A stretch of 64,000 bases of DNA from an uncultured Pseudomonadales bacterium (lineage in GTDB: Bacteria > Pseudomonadota > Gammaproteobacteria > Pseudomonadales > CAZYQX01): contig CAZYQX010000006.1 in the NCBI GenBank assembly GCA_964649985.1, positions 11,839 to 75,838 of the forward strand. The letters run 5' to 3'. Positions within the stretch are counted from its first letter, which is position 1. Each line of letters starts with the position of its first letter. Positions 1 through 11,200 of the stretch are shown piece by piece. Position numbers and translations under genes: made by a program. The notes under the pieces are model-generated. The model saw nothing but the letters and a program-made list of their open reading frames with translations, was not told where the DNA came from and made no database searches.

Positions 1-2
1 AA

Positions 3-2042
3 GAGACCGACGACACCCCACAGATCGGCTTGCTGATGTACTGGCCCGCCATGCAGCAGAGCAGCGAGGGTCAGCCCCCTCGCTTCATCGGCTTTGCCTA
101 TGCGGCATTTCGCACAGCGGACCTGATGAATGCCATTCTGGACAAGGATCGCCCCCATTTTGGCCTGCGAATCGTAGATGTAGACGCATCGCCGTCCGAC
201 GCAGTGGCATACCAGAGCACATCCCCCACCGGCCCGCTCAAACGGACAGAGGAGCTTAGCGTGAGTGGCCGCATTTGGCGGATGGAGATCTATGCCACGC
301 CCACTTACATGGCCCGCCAGTCCCGTCACAATGCCGTCACAACACAGGCTGTTGGGCTCGCGCTAAGTGCCCTGATCGCCATGGTGCTCACCACCTATCT
401 CTACCAACGCGAAAATGCAGCACTGGCCGAAAGAGTGCGAGCACGGGAGCTCATCCAGCGGGAAACCCGCTTCCGCAGAATGATCGACACCATGCCTCAT
501 GGCGTGTTTGTGGTCGATCACCAGGGCGTCATCGAGCATGCCAATCAAAGCCTGCACAGGACCTTCGGCCACCCTGCCGGCTCTCTCATCGGCAGGCACC
601 TATCGGTGCTGTTGCCAGAAGAGCTGCGCACGCAGCACCAACAGCACTTTGCCCAGTACCTACTCAACCCGGGTGACCGCCTGATGGGCCAAGGCCGCGA
701 GCTGTTCGGCCTAGCCGCGAATGGCGCCATGATCCCGGTGGAAATCAGTCTTTCCCCTGTGCGCGACAACGGCCACCTCAGCATCCTCGCGGTGGTGGTC
801 GACATCACCCCCCGACGCACCGCAGAGGAACAACTCAAACAGCAAGCAGAAGCCCTCGCCCGATCCAACCACTACAAATCGGAGTTCCTGGCCAACGTTT
901 CACACGAACTAAGAACTCCGCTCAACAGCATACTGATCCTCAGCGAACAACTTCACCAGAACAAGGGTGGCCGGCTGTCAGAGCGGGAGGTGTTACACGC
1001 GCGGGTTATACGCCAATCTGGCACAGAACTACTGGCTCTGATCAACGACATTTTGGATCTCTCCCGTATCGAAGCTGGCCGCATGGAGCTGTTGAAGGAT
1101 CACTTTGCCATCAGTAGCTTGTCGGAGCGGTTGCTGGAGGGCCTTGGTCCCCTTGCCGATCAGAAGGGCCTGGAATTCTCCGTGGAAATTGCCGCCGATT
1201 GCCCAGGCATGTTGTTTACCGATCTGCAGCGGCTGTCCCAGATTCTGCGCAACCTCATTCAAAACGCAATCAAGTTCACTCACAAAGGGGGCGTGCAGGT
1301 GCAGATTTCTCGGCCCACGGAGCCCACCAGGAGAGAAGAAGGCTTTATTACCTTCTCCGTAAAAGACACCGGCATCGGTCTCCCAGCGGACAAACTTGAC
1401 ATAATTTTTGATGCCTTTCGCCAAGCCGATGGCTCGACGAGTCGGCGTTTTGGCGGATCCGGACTAGGCCTCACCATCTCCAAAGAGCTGGCTCATCTTC
1501 TCGGCGGCTATATCGAAGTAAACAGCCAAGAGGGAAAAGGCAGCATCTTCACATTGTGTATCCCATGCGGCCGCGACTCCAGCAATACCCTCCTGCCCAG
1601 CCCAGATGAAGCACAGCCCTCCGCCCCACACAGCGACTATCGCGATCAAGCTGTAGATGAGCGCGTGGCCCATGCGGAGCGCCATACCAACCCTGTGTTG
1701 ATCGTGGATGATGACATCCGCAACATCTACGCCATGTCAGCGCTCTTGGACGAGCTCGGCTTCGACAGCATTCCCGCCCGCCACGGCGAAGAAGCGCTCG
1801 CCTTGGTCAACCAGGCATCCTTCAGCCTGGTCTTCATGGATATCGCCATGCCGATGATGGATGGACCGACCACGATCAAAGCCCTTCGCGCACAAGGCTT
1901 CACCGCACCGATCGTGGTGGTGACAGCCCACGCCATGAAGGGTGACCGCGAGCAGTATCTGGCGCTCGGTGCCGACGATTACCTGGCCAAACCCGTGTCC
2001 CGCGCAGCAACCAGGGAAATTCTTGAAAAATGGGTCAAATAA
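3..2042 (+). CDS. Hybrid sensor histidine kinase (CHASE-like sensor, TM, PAS, HisKA, HATPase, REC); 5' end lies outside the window
   Basis: Frame open from position 3; H-box FLANVSHELRTPL, N-box RNLIQNAIKFT, G-boxes DTGIG and GGSGLGL, receiver FMDIAMPMMDG. Confidence 0.93.
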   Translation, partial: ETDDTPQIGLLMYWPAMQQSSEGQPPRFIGFAYAAFRTADLMNAILDKDRPHFGLRIVDVDASPSDAVAYQSTSPTGPLKRTEELSVSGRIWRMEIYATPTYMARQSRHNAVTTQAVGLALSALIAMVLTTYLYQRENAALAERVRARELIQRETRFRRMIDTMPHGVFVVDHQGVIEHANQSLHRTFGHPAGSLIGRHLSVLLPEELRTQHQQHFAQYLLNPGDRLMGQGRELFGLAANGAMIPVEISLSPVRDNGHLSILAVVVDITPRRTAEEQLKQQAEALARSNHYKSEFLANVSHELRTPLNSILILSEQLHQNKGGRLSEREVLHARVIRQSGTELLALINDILDLSRIEAGRMELLKDHFAISSLSERLLEGLGPLADQKGLEFSVEIAADCPGMLFTDLQRLSQILRNLIQNAIKFTHKGGVQVQISRPTEPTRREEGFITFSVKDTGIGLPADKLDIIFDAFRQADGSTSRRFGGSGLGLTISKELAHLLGGYIEVNSQEGKGSIFTLCIPCGRDSSNTLLPSPDEAQPSAPHSDYRDQAVDERVAHAERHTNPVLIVDDDIRNIYAMSALLDELGFDSIPARHGEEALALVNQASFSLVFMDIAMPMMDGPTTIKALRAQGFTAPIVVVTAHAMKGDREQYLALGADDYLAKPVSRAATREILEKWVK

Positions 2043-2061
2043 ACCAACGCGAGAGGCCGCC

Positions 2062-4146
2062 ATGCAGCAACTAAAATCCTCCCAGATCTCGCTGCCTGCA
2101 GTGCTACTGGTGGACGACAAACCCAGCAACCTACTGAGTTTGCAGGCAGTGCTAGATGAGTTGGGCACGCCCTTGCTCACAGCCAACTCCGGTGAAGAGG
2201 CATTGACCACATTGTTGCTGCACGACATCGCCCTTGTGCTACTGGACGTGCAAATGCCCGACATGGACGGCTATGAAGTAGCACGCCTGATGCGCTCCAA
2301 CCCCCGCACACGCAAGATCCCGGTAATCTTCATCACCGCCAACGCCCTCGACGAGCGCTCTGCCATGCTCGGCTATGAAGTCGGCGCGATGGACTACATC
2401 TACAAGCCCGTGAGCGGGAACATCCTGCGTAGCAAAGTGCGTGTAGTGCTTGAGCTTGAAGCCTCGCGCAAGGCACTGGTTCGCGCCAACCAAGAGCTGA
2501 CCGCTTCTCGCAGTTACTACTCCACCATTCTGTCAACGGCCGCCGAGGGCATCCTGGTGGTCAACCCCGAAGGCGTGATTGACTACGCCAACCCCGCCGC
2601 CAGCATGATGCTGAGTGAGGCGGCGGAGCTAGTCGGCACACCACTCCCCCAGCTCCTTACTCCCCCGGGGGAAAACCTGGTGCCTTGGAATGCCTCTGCC
2701 TACTATGCCAAGTGGCACCAAGGCCTGACTTACCGGCAGATGGACACCACCCTCTACACGCTGGACCACCGCTCAATTCCGGTCAGCCTTTCCTGCTCGC
2801 CCCTACCCATTCCACTCACGGGTATGGTGATCGTGTTCCAAGACATCTCCCTCGCCAAAGAGCTTCAACTGCGCTTGGAGCAGCAGGCCGTCACCGACTC
2901 ACTCACCGGATTGCTCAACCGGCACGGCTTCATGCAAGCACTGGCCAATACCATCGCCAGACACGAAAGAAGGCGGGAGAAATCACTCGCCCTACTCTAT
3001 CTGGATCTGGACGGCTTCAAAGTCGTCAACGACAGCCTGGGGCACGAAGCCGGCGACCAACTACTGGAAGTCTTCGCCCAGCGGCTACGAAAATGCCTTC
3101 GCCCCTACGACCTCATTGCCCGACTGGGTGGCGACGAATTCGCCGTGCTGGTCGATAGCATCGAGAGCAACGTCGACAGCGAGCGCATCGCCCAGAAAAT
3201 TCTTCGCACGCTACAGCATCCCATCGAGGTATTCGGCCATCAGGTCAACGTCGGTGCCAGCATCGGCATCGCCGAATACCACGAGGTTGGCAAATCACCC
3301 GAAGCGCTGCTGCAAGCGGCCGACATGGCGATGTATCAGGCCAAGCGCACAGAGCGCAATACCTACCGTTTCTTTACCCAAGAAATGAATTTCCAGGCAA
3401 GGGCTCGCCGCCTACTGGAGGAAAGCCTGCGCAATTCCATCGCTTCACACCGTTTCAAATTACACTATCAACCTCAGATCAACCTAGCCGACGGCAGCCT
3501 GCGTGGTCATGAAGCGCTGGTGCGGTGGGAGCATGAGGCCGCTGGCACTATCATGCCGAGCACATTCATCCCCCTGCTTGAAGAAACGGGCCTGATTCAT
3601 CAGCTCGGCCCCTGGATCATCCGCGAAGCATGCAAGCAAAACCTCGCCATGCAAAACGCCGCCATCGATAAAAAAATAATCGCCATCAACATCTCTGCCC
3701 ACCAGTTCACTCAGCGCGATCTGGTAGAAGACATTCGGATAATTCTGCAGGAAACCGAGCTGAACCCCGAGTTGATCGAACTTGAGCTGACTGAAGGCAC
3801 CCTGATGAAGGACGTAAGCAACACCAAGAAACAGCTCTGGGGACTGAAAAACCTGGGGCTTAAACTAGCCATCGATGACTTCGGAACAGGCTATTCGTCA
3901 CTCGCGTACTTGAAGCAATTCCCAATAGATGTGCTGAAGATCGACCGCAGCTTCGTCGTGCACTGTCACCACGCCAAACGCGACCAAGCGATTATCGACA
4001 CGATCCTGCAGCTGGGCCGCAATTTAGGCCTGAGCGTGATCGCCGAGGGGGTGGAGACGCGCGCCCAGGCAGATTGGTTGAAGCAGCATGGCTGCAGCAT
4101 CGCCCAAGGCTACCTGTTTGGCAAACCCTCCCCTGCCACACCCTAG
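2062..4146 (+). CDS. Response regulator diguanylate cyclase/phosphodiesterase (REC-PAS-GGDEF-EAL)
   Basis: ATG at 2062 after GAGAGG; REC LLDVQMPDMDG; RPYDxxxRLGGDEF (I-site and active site); HEALVRW; DDFGTGYSSL. Confidence 0.95.
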   Translation: MQQLKSSQISLPAVLLVDDKPSNLLSLQAVLDELGTPLLTANSGEEALTTLLLHDIALVLLDVQMPDMDGYEVARLMRSNPRTRKIPVIFITANALDERSAMLGYEVGAMDYIYKPVSGNILRSKVRVVLELEASRKALVRANQELTASRSYYSTILSTAAEGILVVNPEGVIDYANPAASMMLSEAAELVGTPLPQLLTPPGENLVPWNASAYYAKWHQGLTYRQMDTTLYTLDHRSIPVSLSCSPLPIPLTGMVIVFQDISLAKELQLRLEQQAVTDSLTGLLNRHGFMQALANTIARHERRREKSLALLYLDLDGFKVVNDSLGHEAGDQLLEVFAQRLRKCLRPYDLIARLGGDEFAVLVDSIESNVDSERIAQKILRTLQHPIEVFGHQVNVGASIGIAEYHEVGKSPEALLQAADMAMYQAKRTERNTYRFFTQEMNFQARARRLLEESLRNSIASHRFKLHYQPQINLADGSLRGHEALVRWEHEAAGTIMPSTFIPLLEETGLIHQLGPWIIREACKQNLAMQNAAIDKKIIAINISAHQFTQRDLVEDIRIILQETELNPELIELELTEGTLMKDVSNTKKQLWGLKNLGLKLAIDDFGTGYSSLAYLKQFPIDVLKIDRSFVVHCHHAKRDQAIIDTILQLGRNLGLSVIAEGVETRAQADWLKQHGCSIAQGYLFGKPSPATP

Positions 4147-4178
4147 CCAGCGGTTGAAATAGGCTCAAAGCCGGCTAA

Positions 4179-4196
4179 GGCAACTCTGAATAAGTC
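4179..4196 (+). repeat. Possible relic IS5-type terminal repeat GGCAACTCTGAATAAGTC preceded by CTAA
   Basis: 13/18 identity to the inverted copy at 6395-6412; YTAR-like flank. Confidence 0.3.
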
Positions 4197-4198
4197 CA

Positions 4199-5983
4199 TC
4201 AAAGCGATGATGGCGGCTGCAGCTTGCTCAATGGCTCATCGAGCAGCGCGATGCCCCTGCCCATGCTTTGCAATTGATACATGTGCTGGTAGAGCCCGTT
4301 CTGCGCCACCAGCTCTGCATGCCGGCCGCGCTGTGCAATACGCCCCTGATGCAACACAATGATTTCATCGGCCTCCACCACCGTCGAGAGCCGATGAGCA
4401 ATCACCACCACGGAAAGACGACCACGCAACGCCAGCAGCGAGCGCTGAATGATGGCTTCCGACGGCGAGTCGATGCTGGCGGTTGCTTCGTCCAGGATCA
4501 GCACATCTGGATGGCGCGCCAGCGCTCTCGCCATGGCCAGCAACTGGCGCTGGCCAGTGGATAAATTGACTCCCCGCTCACCCAGCGGCGTGTCGTAGCC
4601 TTCCGGCAAGCGGGCAACGAAATCGTGCAACCCTGCAGCACGCGCAGCGGCCTCAATCTCATCCGCAGACAGCCGCGCACCAAAGGCAATATTGTCACCG
4701 ATACTGGCGGCAAAAATGAACGGATCCTGCTGAACAAACACCACCCGTCGATGGAAGTCCACGGCGGCTATCTGCTCCAGCGGCAGACCTCCCAGCGCAA
4801 TGCCCCCCGCAGACGGGGTATACAACCTCATCAGCAGACTGGCCAAGGTGCTCTTGCCACTTCCGGTGTGGCCTACGAGCGCCATAAAGCGGCCAGCAGG
4901 CAGGAAGAGATCAATGTTTTTCAGCACCTGAACCTGGCCGTCGTAACTGAACGACACGTCCCTCACCCGCAAGTCAAGCCCACCCGGCGGAAGCGGCAGA
5001 TGTCCTCGCGGGGATTCAGGCAAATCCTGCAGTTCAAATACCCGCCCCCCTGCCACAATCGCCTGTTGTACCAGATTCAAGCGCTGGGTCATTTCAATCA
5101 CGGGTTCGGCAAAGCGTCCCAGATAGTTGATGAACACATAGATCAAGCCGATACTGGCCCCCGTCTCCAGCGAACGGGCGCCGAAGTAGAATAGCAACGC
5201 CGCCAAGGTCGCCAGCTGTAGCAGATCGATCAATGGGCGCAACAATGCCGCATCCAGCTTGAGATTTTGCACCCGCGCCCGATAGTGTGATGAGGAGACT
5301 TGCTCGAAATCAGACGCGAACCGTTGCGTCTGGGCAAATAGTTGCACCAGACGCATGCCTTGAATCGACTCCGACAAACGCGCATTGATCTCCCCCAGCC
5401 AGCTGCGCACCGCCTGCATTCTTGGCGCACTCAGGCGCTGATACGCCAGCATCACCCCCACCACAGCGGGCACAAAGACAGCGCAGGGCAACATCAGGCG
5501 CCAGTCCAATAGGGACATCGCCACAAGAATTCCCAACACCCGCACACCATTGCCGACAAAGGTACCCAACGCATTGACATAGAGTTCTTTGATGGCCTCG
5601 GTATCATTCGTCAGACGGGACGTCAGCTGACCCGAAGGGTGATGGTCGAAGTAGCTCATCGGATGGCGCAGCAAAGCCTCGAAGGCGGCATTTCGCACGC
5701 GCTCGATGGCTCCCAGCGCTATGCGGTGAAAGCTGAGCGCTTGCGCATAACCCGCCGCCGCCGCCACCAGATAAAGCAACACATAAGCACCGGCCAACAT
5801 CATCAGGGGGCCGATAGCCCAATTACCCGCAGTCACATGATTGTCAATGAAATGCTTGATCAATAGAGGCGCCGTGACATCGGCAGCGGTTGCCAACAGC
5901 ACCAGCACCATCGCTTGCCGAAACAAAGAACGATCAGCAGCGGCCTCTCGGAACAAGCGGCGGGAGACAGGAGAAAAAAGCAC
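4199..5983 (-). CDS. mdlB: Multidrug-type ABC transporter, fused permease/ATPase, MdlB-like
   Basis: ABC TMD then Walker A GHTGSGKS, signature LSTGQRQL, Walker B ILDEATA; SSGQLTSRLTNDTEAIKELY-type segment typical of MdlB. Confidence 0.85.
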   Translation of the reverse strand: MLFSPVSRRLFREAAADRSLFRQAMVLVLLATAADVTAPLLIKHFIDNHVTAGNWAIGPLMMLAGAYVLLYLVAAAAGYAQALSFHRIALGAIERVRNAAFEALLRHPMSYFDHHPSGQLTSRLTNDTEAIKELYVNALGTFVGNGVRVLGILVAMSLLDWRLMLPCAVFVPAVVGVMLAYQRLSAPRMQAVRSWLGEINARLSESIQGMRLVQLFAQTQRFASDFEQVSSSHYRARVQNLKLDAALLRPLIDLLQLATLAALLFYFGARSLETGASIGLIYVFINYLGRFAEPVIEMTQRLNLVQQAIVAGGRVFELQDLPESPRGHLPLPPGGLDLRVRDVSFSYDGQVQVLKNIDLFLPAGRFMALVGHTGSGKSTLASLLMRLYTPSAGGIALGGLPLEQIAAVDFHRRVVFVQQDPFIFAASIGDNIAFGARLSADEIEAAARAAGLHDFVARLPEGYDTPLGERGVNLSTGQRQLLAMARALARHPDVLILDEATASIDSPSEAIIQRSLLALRGRLSVVVIAHRLSTVVEADEIIVLHQGRIAQRGRHAELVAQNGLYQHMYQLQSMGRGIALLDEPLSKLQPPSSL

Positions 5984-6225
5984 GGCGTTAGGCCCTCAGG
6001 CCGCTCAGTGAGGCTAATTCAGCAAAAGCACGGCTAGACAGCCGAGTATTTTGCCACAAGCGGACCCGCGCTGCGGACACCACTGATCAAAGCGCCTGCT
6101 CTCAGGCACCAGGTCTGCGCCTTGGCGATCATCTGGGCGGTCTATGGAACAGTCACACCAAACGCTGCGGCAGCGCGCAAACGGCGAGGTGCCGGGCAGT
6201 CCTGTCGGCCCTGGCAACTCGCTTC

Positions 6226-6412
6226 ATCCAGCCGGCCCGCTCAAGACGGGGAAGACGTTTTAAACTGACGCTATGCGCCGCGCCCCTTCGGGCAGGGTCT
6301 CCGCTGCGCTTCGGCTCGCATGTTTTATGCCTCCACTGCGCTCAGCGCCCTGTGGGCGTGGCCTTCGGCTCGCCTAGCCCTCATCGGCTGGATCGACGTT
6401 TTCAGAGGCTCC
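6226..6412. repeat. MITE/REP-like structured intergenic element
   Basis: Inverted ATCCAGCCG (6226-6234) / CGGCTGGAT (6385-6393); internal repeats CTTCGGCTCGC twice and GACGTTTT twice; IS5-like end at 6395-6412. Confidence 0.45.
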
Positions 6413-6414
6413 CT

Positions 6415-6531
6415 GGCCATCGCAGGTGCTTAGCTCAGCCGCATTGGCATTCGGCGCCTGCAAACCAGGCGCGAGGCTGTCGGGATAGGCTATTCGCATG
6501 GCCGAGCGGTGTAGCGGCTGACTGAATGGCC
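6415..6531. repeat. Second nested inverted-repeat element
   Basis: GGCCAT/ATGGCC (6415, 6526), TCAGCCGC/GCGGCTGA (6435, 6514), GCGCCTG-caaac-CAGGCGC (6454-6472). Confidence 0.45.
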
Positions 6532-6535
6532 GCGC

Positions 6536-8101
6536 TCAAAATGGGTCAGGAAATTCCGCGCGCAGTTTCACGATCTGATCAAGCTGCTGTTCAAGCACCA
6601 TGATAACCTCAGGATCAAACTGCTTGCCTTCCTGGCCGCGCATATACTCCATCACTTTCTCCAGCGGCCAGGCCTCCTTATAGCAGCGCTTGCTGCCCAG
6701 CGAATCAAATACATCGGCCACCGTTACAATGCGGCACATCAGGTCAATTTCGTCCCCAGCCAACCCTTGTGGATAGCCGCTTCCATCCCAATGCTCATGA
6801 TGTTGTGCGGCGATTACCGCTCCCATCCGAAGCACTTCACTCTTTGCATTTTTGAGCATGTTGTGGCCAATCATGGCATGGGATTTCATGACCTCCCACT
6901 CATCTGGCTCAAACTTGCCGGGTTTGTGTAATACGGCATCGGGGATCGCCACTTTGCCTATATCGTGCAGCGGCGCCGCCAATTTGATCATCTGGCATTC
7001 ATCATCGCTGTAGCCAAGCGCCTGGGCCAAAATATACGCCATGTGCGCCATGCGTTTGACATGCCCGCCCGTCTCTTGGGAGCGCAGCTCCATGGACTCA
7101 CCCAGGATATAAGACAACTCACTCTGGGTATCGCGTACCCGCTCGCGCAGGATGATGCTTTCGTAGGCCACCGCTACATTGTGCGAGAACACATCCAATA
7201 ACTGGTAATCCATGGGCGAAAGCGGCTGAGACAACTTCACATACAGCACGTTTTCACTCCCGCGCCGGGTCGTGTAATAACCGACGAACTGATCACCCAG
7301 ATTCAGCGAATGGTGCTCCCCCAGCGCCAGGCGAATCTTGGTCTGTACCTCACGCGGAATGACGGCCTCGACCTCCCCGTCCGTTTCTTGAAAATAATTT
7401 GGCGTGGCCGCCAGAACCTCTAGTTTCCCCGGGGTTTCTTTTGAGGCAACCGCCGATAGCACGTTGCAATAAACGGCATCACCTTCCAACCCCAGCAGCC
7501 CTGTGATCTGGGTGAGCACGGCAGAGGCGAGCTCAACCAGATTGTTGCTTTCAAACACATGACCAATGGCTTCAATCGCCCGCTCAAGCCCTGCACGATT
7601 GCGCTCGATCGCAATGATGTCTCGGTAAGCACGCAGCGCTGCATAGAGCAGTGTCTTGAGTTTGATCGAGGTGAGTTCGGTCTTGTTCTTGTAATCGTTG
7701 ATATCGTAATCGCGAATCACCGACTCTTCTGGAGCCTGCCCCGGCTGGCCGGTGCGCAGCACTATGCGCACGGAGAAATTCTGTAATTCCTCCCTGATAA
7801 AGCGCACCAAGTTCAGCCCGGCGTGGTCCTCTTCCATTACCACATCCAGCAGTGCCAGGGCGATATCCGGATGCGCCAGCAAAATCTCCCTCGCCTCTGC
7901 ACCTGAGTAGGCCGAAAATATCTGCAGCGCCTGCCCGTCAAATCTGAAGTCACGCAGCACCATCTGTGTGACTTGATGAACCTCAGGTTCATCATCAGCC
8001 ACCAGAATCTTCCACCTATGACCGGCCTGGCCCGATTCAGCCAATACCGAAGCGGTTTCCTGCTGGGAACCATCGCCCGCAAACAGAAAATCATCGCTCA
8101 T
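6536..8101 (-). CDS. Response regulator HD-GYP c-di-GMP phosphodiesterase (REC, DUF3369-like, HD-GYP)
   Basis: REC LVADDE and LLDVVMEE; ETGGHVKR, LHDIGK, HHEHWDGSGYP, ADVFDSL. Confidence 0.93.
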   Translation of the reverse strand: MSDDFLFAGDGSQQETASVLAESGQAGHRWKILVADDEPEVHQVTQMVLRDFRFDGQALQIFSAYSGAEAREILLAHPDIALALLDVVMEEDHAGLNLVRFIREELQNFSVRIVLRTGQPGQAPEESVIRDYDINDYKNKTELTSIKLKTLLYAALRAYRDIIAIERNRAGLERAIEAIGHVFESNNLVELASAVLTQITGLLGLEGDAVYCNVLSAVASKETPGKLEVLAATPNYFQETDGEVEAVIPREVQTKIRLALGEHHSLNLGDQFVGYYTTRRGSENVLYVKLSQPLSPMDYQLLDVFSHNVAVAYESIILRERVRDTQSELSYILGESMELRSQETGGHVKRMAHMAYILAQALGYSDDECQMIKLAAPLHDIGKVAIPDAVLHKPGKFEPDEWEVMKSHAMIGHNMLKNAKSEVLRMGAVIAAQHHEHWDGSGYPQGLAGDEIDLMCRIVTVADVFDSLGSKRCYKEAWPLEKVMEYMRGQEGKQFDPEVIMVLEQQLDQIVKLRAEFPDPF

Positions 8102-8289
8102 CCAGCACTCCCTTTGCCCGGCATCCGGGTTTCAACAGATCAAGGCTAACTTCATTAGTTATAGACAATAACCGGCTGTTGGTCGAAGCAAAGGCCTAGC
8201 TAATGCAAAGGATGCTAGTCATGCGCGCCCGCCTAAGGTAGAGTAAGCAAGCACTAACAACCATAAACTAACATCGAGCCCGTTCTCTC

Positions 8290-11200
8290 ATGCCTGTCGC
8301 TGAGGCCCCCCAACAACGCGCCCATCTGTGGGTGGTTCGCGCCACTGCATGCACCCCCTCCGGCCTGTGGGATATGCTGCGTGCATGGGGTTTTGAAATC
8401 AGCTTTCATGACCTACCACCCCAGTGTGAGGCTGATCGGGCATGCGTCGTGATATACGAGCTGGCAAATGCCGAACAGGCCCGCGCACTTTGCCTCCAGC
8501 AACAGGCCCCCAAGACCAAACACCCCTGGATTGCACTCTGCGACCCGGTCGATACCGAGGCACTCACAGCGCTGGTGCTGGCGGGCATGAGCCAGCACCA
8601 CTGCCCGGCCCTTGCGGATGCACTTCTGCGTCAGATTGGCAGCACCAAGGCTCTGCAACTTCTCGGCGATCAGCCGCCGCTGGTGGCGCTGCTGGGAGGC
8701 GAGCAAATTCCGGGGCTTGAAGCCGCTCTGGAGCAACAAGGTCTGCAATGCCAAAACAGATGCTCACTGAGCGACTGGCTAGGCCTAGTGCGTGAAACAG
8801 CCCCGGCGCTGATGATCGTCGTCGGAAATTCCAACACGCAAGCCTTGTCGCACATCATGTACGCCGCACGCCAACAGCATCGGCGACGCCTCAACCTCAG
8901 CGCGATCATCTGGACTGATGACACGGCTCCCGGCGAGGATCTGCTCGAGGCAAGTGACCTGCTGCTGAGGCAAAGTGAACATAGCAACGCCGAGATGGCC
9001 GCATTACTTGCCCGCAGAGCATGGCGAGGCGTGAGGGAAAGTGCATTCCGACGCCATGACCAACAATTGGAGCGCTGTGGCAATCAATGGCTGATGGCCA
9101 GGGAGCACTTGCTGGTCACGCTCACCGACATCAACGGCAAACGCATCTACGTCAGTGAAAAGCTGTGCGAACGCACGGGTTATAGTGCTGCAGAACTACT
9201 GGGTCAGTCGGTCGAGGTCATTACCCACATGGCCGATATACCGAGCATTCGCAGCACCCTTAGCCACCAACACAGCTGGAATGGCATGCTGGAAACCGTG
9301 GCTGCCAATGGCGAACAAATCCTGTTCGAGACCCACGTAATCCCACTGCTGAATGAACTGGGAGAAGTCCATCAATACCTCGGCCTGCTGACGGACGTCA
9401 CCGAGTCCCACCGCTTGCAACAACAAGCATTGCAGCAAAACAACGAGTTACAGTCCATTCTGGATGCAATTCCGGCCATGGTGTTGCAAAAGGACCGGCA
9501 GGGCAAAATCATCCGGGTCAACCAGACCGCCGCCCAGGTGATGGCAAGTCAACGGGAACAGATGGAAGGGCGTGCGGTCGACGACGTGTTCACCCGCCCG
9601 GACAATCATCGACTCAGCGACAACATCATCCTCGAGCATCGCACGCCGGTTAACAACATTATCGATCAGCACATACACCCCGATGGTCGCACGGTGTGGA
9701 TGCGCACCGACAAGACCCCACTGCTCGGCCCCGACGGGGAAGTTAGCAGCATCGTATCCTGCGTGTTTGATGTTACCGAACAGCAGCGCACACTGGCGGC
9801 GCTGGCGGAAAGCGCCGAACGGCTACATCGAAGCCAGTCTTATGCGCAAGTAGGTACCTGGGACTGGGATCTGCAGACCCAGGAAGTACACATCTCGGAG
9901 GAGTATGCCTCGGTGTGTGGTTTGCCCCCTGGCACCAAGACCATACACAAAAGTGCCTTGGTGGAGCGCATGCCGCCAGAAGACCACCAGGTCATGATTC
10001 AAACCTTTCTTGGCCACCAAAACAGCGGCGAGCAGCAGCCGCGTTTCGAGGCCGATCACCGTCTGATAATGCCGGATGGCAGCCTGCGTTGGGTTCAACA
10101 ACGCGGGAATCTGTTGCGCGACAATGATGGCCGGCCATTGCGTCTGATGGGCATCTGTCAGGACATCACCCGCCGCAAGCTGGCCGAGGCAGAAGCGGAA
10201 CGCCAAAGCCAGCTGCTGGCGGTGCTTCACACGGCGGCATCCCGCTATGTCGAATCACTGCAAGCCGAAGAAACCTCCTCATTTTTAATCAGTGCCTTGC
10301 TCAAGCTCACCGGCAGCAGCTTTGGCTTCATCGCTGAAGTACTGCCCAATGAGCATGAGGCACCCGCACTGCGCATCGTGGCCGCTGGCGCACTCGACCC
10401 AGAAGAAAATGTTCACTGTGAAAAACTGATTGGTAAACGCCTTGCGTCTCACGATGCCTTTGTCCAACAAATCATGGTGCAAAGCCCGGCACTACTAGCC
10501 TCTGCGGAGGCCGAATGTGTCCAGGAAATCGGCAAAGCGCTGCCGGCTTTCAAACAGTTCATGGGCATTCCCATTTTTAGGGAATCAGCCTTGGTGGGCA
10601 TGCTCGCCATTGCCAATCGGGACGGGGGCTTTAGCGAAGCGCTGGTGGATTTCCTCGCTCCCTTCTGTTCCACCTGTGGCGTACTGATTCATGCCAGCCA
10701 GATGGAACACAGTCGCCAAGCCCAGCAGCTGGCCTTGCGTCAGGCCAAAGAGGATGCGGAAAGCGCCAACCGGGCAAAATCGAATTTTCTCTCCAGCATG
10801 AGTCACGAGCTCCGCACGCCGCTGAATGCCATCCTGGGCTTTGCCCAGCTCATGGATCCAGAGCAACTCGCCAGCGAGCAGCGCACTTATGTTCAGCAGA
10901 TCGAACAAGCTGGCTGGCATTTGCTTGAGCTCATCAACGATGTGCTCGACTTGGCACGTATCGAATCCGGTCGCCTTCAATTACAGCAGGACGCCATAGC
11001 GCTGGACGAGCTTCTGCGCGAGTGCACCACCCTGGTGAAACCGTTGGCAGAACAACACGGCGTGGATTTGCGCTATGTGTCGCCCCCCGCCGGAGGCTAC
11101 TTGGCCGGCGACCGCACCCGGATTCGGCAAATACTGATCAACCTGCTTTCCAACGCCATCAAGTACAACCGGCGCGGTGGCTGGGTAGACCTGAAGGTTG

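Noticed and set aside
6014-6217. 67-aa Cys-rich minus-strand ORF
   Set aside because: TTG start, no RBS or recognisable motif, and no similarity to an MdlA remnant
6454-6521. c-di-GMP-I riboswitch (GCAAACC seen)
   Set aside because: Lacks the GAAA loop and GGGACGCAAAGC consensus, and points toward no plus-strand gene
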